From Octopus sinensis (lineage: Eukaryota), in NCBI RefSeq assembly GCF_006345805.1, contig NC_043015.1, forward strand, positions 22,754,001 to 22,818,000: a DNA stretch of 64,000 bases, read 5' to 3'. Within the stretch, counting starts at the first letter, position 1; each line of letters opens with the position of its first letter. The translations under genes were made by a program, and so were the position numbers. The notes below the pieces were generated by a model that worked only from the letters and a program-made list of their open reading frames with translations, was not told where the DNA came from and searched no databases. Shown here in pieces: positions 53,430 to 64,000 of this stretch.

Positions 53430-55740
53430 TAATTGCCAACATGTTATCACTTAGGCTATTATTTCTCTTCAATATCATAAAAATACACAAGATTTGAGCT
53501 GTTGCTAGCACGTAAGTCTGACTGGAGTGGACCTGCAGTGATGCTGCTAAATACATGCGTCTAAATAAAATGAATAGGCTCTTGGGAAAATGTTCAAAGA
53601 CTTGTTTACAACAAACCCTATTTCCAGCAAGCGTAGATTATTCTTATATGCCTATAATGGTAGCAAAGCGTCAGTTAGGAACAAACTCATCAGCTAATAC
53701 AAATACATACAATATTGTTCACAGATTTCTGTACGTTTAAAAATAAACGCTACACCACGTTAATAAAAAAATAAGCCTACGTTTTATTCTCTGTTGCAAG
53801 GTCTCAAAAAATGTGTTTTGGCAAGCTTCAAAATTTTCCAGCAGATCAAACAGACTTGTAATTATCTATCCTACAAACATGTTGTGATATGCCATACTAA
53901 CCTCTTTGCAGACACCAATCTTGCCCCATGTTTCGTAACGTATTGTGATCACAGTCTAGTTGTGCAACCAGTGTGACTTATGTCTTGTGCGAGCGAAACA
54001 ATTCCTTCTTCGTTGGTGATGTGTCATTGTCACAATTTATGATGCCTCACTGCGTCATTTATCTTCAATTCTGATTTCCCATTCTTTAAACGTCTTCCAT
54101 CAAAGCGTATCGATTTTGTCAATGGCTTCATCTTTAAAAACGACCGGCAGATTTATGTTTGTGTCGAACAATTTTCAGAAGCACACCGGCAAGGACTCGA
54201 TGGTGGCTGCTTACGATGCAGAAGAACAAGTAGAAGAGCTACTCTAGAGGAAGAGTTACTTGAACATCGCATACAAATTTAATGACAATTGTCAGTCAGT
54301 AAAAATATGCCCACTTTTGCATTGCTTTTGGTATATCACTAAAACTCACTTCCTCTTAGATTCTCTCTCGCTTACTCTTTTTCTGTTGCTCCCTCCCTCC
54401 CTCTCTCTCTCACACATACATACACACACACAAACACGCTCATAGTTATCATTATGTCTATATGAGTCTGTTGTATCTACGGAAAACGCGTATGGCTGCG
54501 TGTTTGTGCCTTCTTTTTTATACAGCGCGTATTTCAGTAAAGAGAACTTCGCATCACCAACCCTTCATTTCCCGATCATGTCTAGATGCCGTTGTAGTAC
54601 AGCCACGCAGTTAATTTTTAACAGATTTGACTTCCATCAGTCAGTAAAGGATAATTTGAATAGATTTTCTATTTTGATTAGCAAGAGCTAAAAGATTTTT
54701 TTTAAATGTAGTTAGTTACAAGTTAGTTACAGTCTTTATTTTGTTCTCTAATTCAAACATAGAAAACACGTAAAACTTACAAATCTCGTGATGCTGTGTT
54801 GTTTTATTTTGTTGTTTTATTCTTTTGTTTTGCAGTATAGACATTTTTCTTTATATAGCAGTCTTGTTTTGTTTCATAATTACATTGAATTCGATATAAA
54901 GAACTTTAAATTGAAACCTCCATCAATTACAACATTATATTGGATAATGCTTCACATGTCCTCATTAAGAAGTCTTTCAGAGAAATATAAGACATCGCTT
55001 TGTGCATAGTATGGAAATGAATGCGGAGAGCAGTGTAAAACTCCAACTTATAACAGAATAGCCAAGCCATGTCATGTTTTGGTGATCAAGTAAATGGAAT
55101 TCAAACGATTAACAAAAGATAATTCTCGTACACAAATTTTCACTGAGTGTAATTACTGTTTTACCATCACTGATGAAGGTTCACCTTGCTGCATCGTGAT
55201 TGCATCAAAAGCTCCATGAATGTATAGTAAGAAGGAAATTAGGAAAAAAAAAGAAAAAAGAGAAAAAATATCAGAAATTAGTTTTTGTTTTGTTTGTTTC
55301 TCTCTCTTTTATTTTCGTTTTTGTCAACATATAGCAGGAGCCAGTTAAAAGAGTATTCACTATGTTGTCACGAGTTTCTATCTTTTCAATTTACCCATTG
55401 GCTATGTTGTTCGGTTTCCCAATTTCTTTGAGGGTAACTTATATTACAAAGATGTGCGTGGGAAACACGGACTTTTCATTTATTTGTGAATATACCAACA
55501 ACACAGAAAAGCAGACAACTAATGTGTTCTGTGTTCTGTCAACACTTCCACTCACACTTACATTCCTACATACATGCGTACGTACACAAATGCACATACA
55601 CACACACAGACATACACACACACAAACACACACACACACACATATACGCCTGTTTACATGACCAAATATGTGTACATACGAATATATTCACAAAGCAATG
55701 AATACATAGCTACATCTGTGCATACATGTATGTATGTATG

Positions 55741-55805
<65 letters not shown>

Positions 55806-56632
55806 AACAGGGAAAGAAAATCGTAGTTCAAGTTTTAAGTATGTTACGAAGGAAATCACAAATGCATTTCTTTTTTCTCTTTTTCTTTCCTTTTTAACGT
55901 GATATACGTATCATTCATTCGGTTACGAGAATATCGATCGTCAGTTTCAATATTTATACATTTCTGTATAATCAGATAAAATACTTAGTTGTTTGAGTCT
56001 TTTACGATCGCCAAGATCCATATATGGATACATTAATAAACTGGTGAAACTTTTGGTAGTAGATCACCTGAAAGCGTCATTGCATCAACGATACGCATCC
56101 CCTGCCTGAAAGTGATCTAAAATGAAAACCACCGATCTGTATTTCCTGTCAGTTTATATTCTGAGAAACTTGTTAGTAGCTACAAAGCTGTTTTAATAAC
56201 AAATGCAATGACTAATTGAAGAAAAGTAGATTTAATTTAGTCATGTTTGATAAAGTAAGTCGGTTTCCTTTTTCTTAGTCAGTAGTATCAACATGATTCT
56301 CGACGAAAAGTCCGCAGAAGATTCCATTTTAGTTCTAAAGCTGATAGTGACTAAATATAAGGAGGCTCTTTCGCTTATAACTCGTTCAGAAACCATACAG
56401 TAATATGTTTTGTAGGAAATGAGTTCATAGCACAAACAAATGTATGTATTCATATGTATATAAATGTATGTATATGTGTACGTATATCTATCTATTTATA
56501 TCTATTTTTATATCTTCGTCCATTTGAAATTTCATATTGTTAAAAAAAATGAGAATGCTAACTATTCATTTCCGACTTGTTACACTTCATGAGCATCATG
56601 TATTCACAATCTGCCGCATTGCAAGACAAAAT

Positions 56633-56700
56633 ATGCCACGCAGTGGGACTGAACCCGGCACCATATAAGTAATACGAAAAACATTCTTACCACACCGACT
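56633..56700 (-). mobile_element. Short remnant of a tRNA-derived SINE head
   Basis: atgccacgcagtgggactgaacc..cttaccac matches 60010-60075. Confidence 0.55.
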
Positions 56701-59260
56701 ATTTTCTGTTTAACTGTTCATGATGGATATAATGATTTACTAAAAGTAGCAGAAGACAAGCCAAGTCCCTTTCATCATGACTCTTTTTTATCAGGCCTTA
56801 AGCGAGAAATAAACATCTACAGCTAGTAGTATTCTTCCTAATCTACTTTCTATGTCTATCTCTATCTCTATCTAACTCCCTGTCTGTCTATCACTCTCTT
56901 TCTCTCTCTCCCTCTGTGTCTATCTATCTATGTCTATATCTATCCCACTCCACCATAATCCTTTTCATTCACATTATCTCATACTCACATGTATTCCTTT
57001 GTGTTAGTTACTCTTAAGCTTGTGTCACAGTTTCATTATTAATAATTCTCATAATCCCCCTTCATTTATCTTCGCAATTTCTGTTTGCTCGTGTTTGTTT
57101 CTATTTTATGTTTTGTCTTCACTTTCCTATAATGCTTTACTGAACAGCTGAAACGTTTATATCTCGAGCTCATTCCATTTCCTACTTTCCTGTAAAGCTT
57201 AGTCGTTAAAAGTATTATTTATTAATGTGCTTTATTTCTTTTTTGCCAATCCGTTGAATGGAAAAGTGTTAAGAGGAAGTCTGTTAAGACGAGGCTTTAT
57301 TGTATTAAATATAATGCAAATGAATTAATAATATTTTCTTTTTTGCACAGCCAAAAGTACATATCCATATAACATAGTTGGCTTCTACCGAATAACAACT
57401 GATGTAACAATGTGAAAAAAGTTATTTCCAGAAATACCAGTCACCTTTTACAAGCTAATTAGGGATTTTTTTGATGATGCTGACTTCGAGATTAGTTGTC
57501 ATTATATACAGTGCGTTATTAGCTACGGGTGTATCAATACTTTTATATCAAATCTTTATGCCTCTGTTCAATATGATAAATAAATACTCTAGTTATTTCG
57601 AAATGAAATAGGAAGTGTAAGATATCACATTATCAGTAGTTCCATTACCTTTTGGTATTTGAATGGTAACTCAAACAAGTTGACGATCCCGAGTTGACGA
57701 TCCCGACACATTTAAAAGTCTATTCGCTGGCATTTGATGTCGGATTCTGAATACATTAGCAAAAAGAACAAGAAAGATTTATTAACGAATATATTTTATT
57801 TATCGAACGATTTATGTATGAAAGACTCAGCACATTCTAATCACAACAAACCGCCTTCGAATACAGGACCGAAAAGGCACGTTGAAAGTTATACTGTTAC
57901 AAATCTACAGTTGAATGAAGATTGTGATGGGGAGTTTATCATTATATGTTAAATCGAATATTCCTTGCAGATTAAAAGTAGTAACAAATGCCCTTCCGAC
58001 AAGCAAATTAGCACATTTCAAATCGAATGCAATAAAGATAGAAATAAGGATAAGCGAATTGTAGAGACACTAAAAACTGGCGCAATATATAAGGGCTTAA
58101 GCACCCTTTGCTACAAGTCTGCTCATTGAAGGCTTACAGCAATAGCCTTTACCTCAAACTGATTAAGTTTCTCACGTTAAAAGTGTAATTTATTCTTAGC
58201 TACTATAGTGACAACGTGACTTTCTTCCATCTTGCTCTGTTAAAATATTTGAGAAAAATTATATTAATGTGTCCTACTTGTTAAAATCCTTTATATTTAT
58301 GTGTGCCACTGAAGATGTCGCTATATTTAGATTGTTGTTGATTTTGATTTTATATCTATCTATCTTTCCACCTGTCTATGTATGTATGTATGTATGTATG
58401 TATGTATGTATGTATCTGTATAATATATATATATATATAAGAAAAAAGGTTTGAAAATGCAATTTAAACGATGTTTATTTACTTAACCGGTTTCACTCTT
58501 TGGTAAAAGATTGTCAAAAGTAACATTAAAAATAACATTGAATAATATGGGTTCAAAACGTTTTTTACATAATTGTCACATTGAATATTATGCATTAAAA
58601 AAAGTTTTTTACATAATGGTCACATTGGATATTATGAATTCAAAATTGTTTTTTTATACAAAATTGTCACATTACATGTATAAATATAGTGTTTGGTAAC
58701 AGAGAAGTTCAATGTGTGATGAGAATATTTGGAAAAATTGGCAGAATAGGATAAAACAAATATATTATTGGAAATTTGGTTGCGTTAATTATTGGTTGTC
58801 GCAAATTGTCATATTACATGTATATATATATACAGTCTTTGGTATATATATACAATCTTTTGACAGCAAAAATTAAAATGAATTTTTTATACATCTCAGA
58901 ATATTTTAAGTTGAAGGCGAGAATATGTTGTTACTGACATGTTTGTTTTAGCAGAAAGGTTGAATTGAGAGGAAAAAGGTTGTACCCAGTGTGGTGTATA
59001 TTTCCCCTTCAAGCATCAATGGTTTTGGGGTTATAAGGAGGTTAGTATGTGGGTGTGAATAGATATGTCCGCGCCTGCTGGTCAAGCAGCGTCTGTTTGT
59101 CACACACATATATATACACACACACACACACACACAACACACAACACAACACACACACACACACACATAGTATACAAACACACACCACATACACACAACA
59201 CACACACAGAACACACACACACACACACACACAACGCACCCACATATATAATATATACAC

Positions 59261-59442
59261 AGAGACCGATAGAATAAGTACTGGGCTTACAAAGAACAAG
59301 TCCCGGGTTCGATTTGCTCGACTAAAGGCGGTGCTCCAGCATGGCCGCAGTCAAATGACTGAAACATGTAAAAGAGAGAATATATATATACATATACATA
59401 TATCTCTACATATATATGCATATATATATATATGTGTGTATG

Positions 59443-59482
<40 letters not shown>

Positions 59483-59728
59483 CATATATATATATATATA
59501 TATGTGTGTATGTATGTATATATATATATATATATATATATACATACATACACACATATATATATACATGCATATATATGTAGAGATATATGTATATGTA
59601 TATATATATTCTCTCTTTTACATGTTTCAGTCATTTGACTGCGGCCATGCTGGAGCTCCGCCTTTAGTCGAGCAAATCGAACCCGGGACTTGTTCTTTGT
59701 AAGTCCAGTACTTATTCTATCGGTCTCT
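59261..59728. repeat. 468-bp near-perfect palindrome (inverted duplication of a SINE 3' end plus microsatellite)
   Basis: 59261-59385 is the reverse complement of 59605-59728 with 2 mismatches seen; the interrupted (AT) interior is also mirrored; the ORF track gives nearly identical peptides on both strands. Confidence 0.9.
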
Positions 59729-59820
59729 TTTGCCGAACCGCTAATGACGGGGACGTAAACACACCAGCATCGGTTGTCAAGCAATGCTAGGGGGACAAAC
59801 ACAGACACACAGACACACAC

Positions 59821-59873
<53 letters not shown>

Positions 59874-60084
59874 TGTATGTATATATCGAGAGATATGTAT
59901 ATATATATATGTATATACATATATACGACAGGCTTCTTTCAGTTTCCGCCTACCAAATCCACTCACAAGGCATTAGTCCGCCCGGGGCTATAGCAGAAGA
60001 CACTTGCCCAACATGCCACGCAGTGGGACTGAACCTGAAACCAAGTGGTTGGTTAGCAAGCTACTTACCACGCAGTCACTCCTG
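59611..60084 (-). mobile_element. Complete octopus-type composite tRNA-derived SINE
   Basis: Head caggagtgactgcgtggtaag..ggttcagtccc (A/B-box-like), ggcaagtgtcttc..ggatttggtag..gaaagaagcc, internal (AT/GT)n, 3' half ending gactgaaacatgtaaaagag. Confidence 0.85.
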
Positions 60085-60096
60085 TATATATATATA

Positions 60097-60143
<47 letters not shown>

Positions 60144-61789
60144 CATGTATGCATACATACACACAAACGCACACACATATACATATACAAGAAGAACGAG
60201 AGAGAGGGAGGATACGTTTTTGACCATACTGATATATGCATGTTTGATAATAATTTTTCATGTCCTTTCTGATGACGGATACATTTTTTCCTCATAATTT
60301 CCATAGTGCTGGACTTTCTTTGGAAAACTATTTACTGCCGTGCTGGTCTTTCTTTGTTGGTCTTCCTTTGACAAACTACTTACATTTCTAGAATAATAAT
60401 ACAGAAATAAACCAGCACAATAACTATAGACCCAAACTGAATACGTTCCCAAACAACATATATCTTCATGTCTACATTATACATCAGAAAGAAAACACGT
60501 TCTGGAAGTTTCTATAATATATATTTAGAGTAGATGACCTTGAAATAGATGCAGCTTTGCCACCAAACAAAGTAGCTAGTTTCTGAAGCAGCATATTTAA
60601 AAACAGAAAATAACATATACAGAAATGCAGCATTTATCAGAATAAATAAACTTGAAAATATCGACGCCAAACTGAAATGAAAGAAAAATATTTATGAACT
60701 AGAATAATATGAATCACAATGATAGAAAGAGCGTTTACACAACAAAATATATTTGGAAAGAAAACAGAATCTAACTGAAACTTGGAGTTAGAAAAACGAA
60801 CATAAAATGTCGAATCAACACTTCATCACAAAATGTTTAAATACAATTTGAGATGTGGAAGATCTAGAATTAACATTACTGAAAATTGGAAAACAGGAAT
60901 GGGGCAACATAGAAAGGATGAAAATAGCTAAAGAATTATAGGTGACATACTATTTTGTTCAAAGAATGTGACAATATGCTCTCCAAAAGCTCCAAACGCA
61001 ATGATTAAGATATAAGAACAATGTACCAAGAAATTCTGCGAATATAGATTTAATAGAAACAAATGCGAAAATCAATACCACTAGGATAAATTAACTAATG
61101 TATGCTGCCTCACCAATACTACCAAAGGAAAATTGTTATTTCATCAGAATTGTTTATCACCTAGAAGTGTCTTTTACCAAGCATACAACATGAAAAATCA
61201 AAATGTTCACGTAAACACCGACCGCAAAACAAGAGATGGCTCAATTATTTATAAGATCATCTATGAAAAGACTCGAATGAAAAATGGCGAAAGAGATAAA
61301 CTTCTCAGAAATAAAACATAAAGATATAATGATGAAAAAAACATAGAGAACAAATGCAACACGAATACCAGATGGGTGGATGTCTGTAAGGGGAGATTAT
61401 ATATCGTGACAGGATTTCCTGCAAATAGAATTTTAACTCAAATGAAAATGAAAAAAGAAGAAAAAGTAGATAAACATTTTATGTGTAAATAAACAACATT
61501 ATCGCAAAATACAGAAGGCAGATTGCAGCTGAGAAAAATTAGAAAGTTCTTATTAGTAAATCTAACAACTATTCACTAAGTCCTAGCAAAATAGTTCAAT
61601 ACTGTACAGAGAAAAATACACACTGACACACACACAAACCGCTTCAGCTGATGTCGACGACATGGAGGAAAACTTATAAGATTATGGCACAATACCATGC
61701 ACTATAATATAGATACAAACAATTATTTTTACCTGTATATGCATGATGGTATGCATACGACGTGCATATGTGTAGTTAAGCGTTAGTAA

Positions 61790-61951
61790 TATTCTTTCCT
61801 ACTCTAGAAACAAGGCCTGAAAATTTGGGAGAGGGGGCCAAAAGGACGAAAGCAAGTCGACCACGGCGAAATTTAAATTCAGGATGTAAAGACAAACGAA
61901 ATATCGCTAGGTATTTCACCCGGAGAGATAACGATTGTGCCGCTTGTCGCC
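61790..61951 (-). mobile_element. Degenerate, internally deleted tRNA-derived SINE related to 18912-19142
   Basis: Reverse complement ggcgacaagcggcacaatcgtta..ccgggtgaaata..atttcgt..gtcgacttgctttcgtcctttt. Confidence 0.65.
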
Positions 61952-63697
61952 TTAAATTGTCAGTACCATTAAAGAAATAGTAAATTGTCATTTGGATTAA
62001 TATGTTTCCATTATAATATACAGGGTGCTATATATGGTATTTACAGTTATAGAATATAATAACCAAAATGAACAAGTTAGTCGATGTTGTGGTGTTGGTA
62101 TTTTTGCTCAAAAATTCCGATATTACTGAGGTGGTATATTCATCTGGTATAAGACCTAGAGGTTTGAACAAAATGCTTCCCATTGATTTATTTAGGCGCA
62201 ATGTCAGAGGGAGTTTGATCGTTCTAAGTATGTTGGCAATGCTGGAATCTTCCAGCTATATTAGACATCAAAGCGAAGCAAAGCAGATTATTTGAAGGAA
62301 GATTAAAATTGACGACAAATATCATGTGATTGAGCAAATACTGATGATGTAATTTAGTAGAATCTCCTGAAAAAATATCAAGAGACGCCAGAGGAATTAG
62401 TCGCATCACGCAGTGCTTCCCGTATTTAATTAATTTAACTGACAGGAAAATTATGCAGCAAGTATGAATATATAAAATAATTTGTTACGTCATAAATTCA
62501 TAGAATAAATGGCAAAATTTATTGAGAAACGCTGGATTCATCAGAATGACTCACATCAAGCCTTTGCCCCGAATGCTTTTGAACAATCACATGAATACTA
62601 ACCTTTGTGAGTGGCAAGTTCCAAAATTTAACTAATTATAATTCTTTCAATGCTCTCCTTTACTGATGAGGTCCAATAATACGGAAAAATGTCACGGGTC
62701 ATCTCATATTGAATACCCATCAAACTCTCCGACGACTCTATTTCATATTTAATTAACTATAATTAAACGTTTAGGTCTCTCGTATATTTTGAACAACATT
62801 TATGATCTACAAACAAATCCTTTCATATTATTAAATAGAAAATTTAAATTAATATGTTTGGAGATAATTATGTTGGCATCTATTTTACTAAGCAGAATCG
62901 CTTCAAATGTCTTAACAGTTAATCATTTAGCCACCTAAAACCAGTAGGCACATCTCCCTTAGAGTTCAATTTGCCGTCGTAAAACAATAAAACAAGAGAT
63001 ACAATGTTTAATACAAGATATCTCACTGAAATGAATGAATGGTGGTATCTGGTGTATATTTTATCAGAGCTTTCTCAATTACGTTTGGCCTGGGAATAAA
63101 CCACAACAAAAGAAAACAAAGACGATGACGGCTACCCGAAATATTTGTTCATGAATATTGCCAATAAATTTGATCAGTCAATCACATGTGACTTTCATCA
63201 TAAACGATCAAGCAGAAAACTGCATTTTAGCGAAATGAAGATATGAAATACACATAGATATTTCTTAACACCAGGGGAGTAGAGACTTTTTTTCAACACA
63301 ACAATGGAAAATGTAGTTCTAAACGAATTAAAACAGCACAATGAAATCCTTTATCGCTATTTCGTCTAAGTGTATCGTTGCATGATCGGCACATGGGAGT
63401 ATGATCAGCTATGTAATCCCTGAAATGATTCTAGAGCAAGAGAAAATGGCTATAAACTGTAATGGATTTCTGCATCTCACTGCTCATCTAACTCTTCTCT
63501 CAATTTTACGCGACAATACTTACTGTACATCGGAGATGAAATTTTTTTCTCTTCCAGAGCAACATTTTCATGCAGGTAAAGTGACTTCAGCGGAAATTGA
63601 ACACAAATCAATCTACCCCCAGTTTATATTGCAAGGTCAACAGATTTTTGTTGATCGAATAGCAGCCCTATATATATTAGTGTGTATATTATTATCT

Positions 63698-63752
<55 letters not shown>

Positions 63753-64000
63753 TTATAGTGATGAAGGAGAAGAAAACAAATGCCAAGGGTAAAAACGAAC
63801 GGTCATTAAGGACGATTTCCAGCATCGTTAGTTAAATTTCTTGTAGTTGATCTACGGAAAAACGGACCAAAAATTTGAGTTAGATTGTGAGATGGGCGCA
63901 GGTTAGAGACGTCAAAAATGTACTACGCGTTGTTGTTTGCATTACATGCAATGTCGACTAACGTCAGAATATTTATTCTAGCTGGTTTGTACGATCTTTC

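Noticed and set aside
57678-57705. 14-bp tandem duplication agttgacgatcccg
   Set aside because: A single small duplication consistent with ordinary slippage or repair; no associated element.
60440-61500. A-rich strand-biased stretch resembling an ancient LINE
   Set aside because: No diagnostic RT or endonuclease motif could be read.
62654-62700. ctgatgaggtcc..ggaaaa as a third hammerhead
   Set aside because: Stem II is incomplete, there is no GAAA at the right position, and no stem I partner.
63401-63835. 144-aa ORF
   Set aside because: No known motifs, and it reads through (AT)n/(GT)n repeats.

Overview
AT-rich eukaryotic DNA, probably intronic or intergenic, with no recognisable host protein-coding gene, rRNA, true tRNA or CRISPR array. 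The SINE sequences and dense (AT)n/(AC)n/(AAT)n microsatellites resemble octopus (coleoid cephalopod) genomes; this is recall, not a database hit. Bases 1-41,200 are dominated by dead non-LTR retrotransposons with an RT and a C-terminal CCHC knuckle plus restriction-like endonuclease (R4/Dong-like). They fall into about seven families (A-D, F-H; my labels) stacked in (TAA)n arrays. Also present: an RTE-type APE/RT LINE (45.8-48.7 kb), a mariner remnant, a 395-bp non-autonomous Helitron, several tRNA-derived SINEs, and three copies of a ~555-bp non-coding (ATT)n-associated element. The most unusual structure is at 43,278-43,941: a head-to-head pair of a small element built from a tRNA-like Pol III head, a microsatellite and a minimal hammerhead ribozyme motif. 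Other notable items: a premature stop shared by two diverged family-B copies, a (GAA)n expansion hotspot in family A, a 468-bp near-perfect palindrome, and a 240-bp RTE fragment with an 18-bp duplication. Most ORF-track entries are microsatellite or antisense artefacts. All alignments were by eye and boundaries marked approximate may be off by tens of bases.
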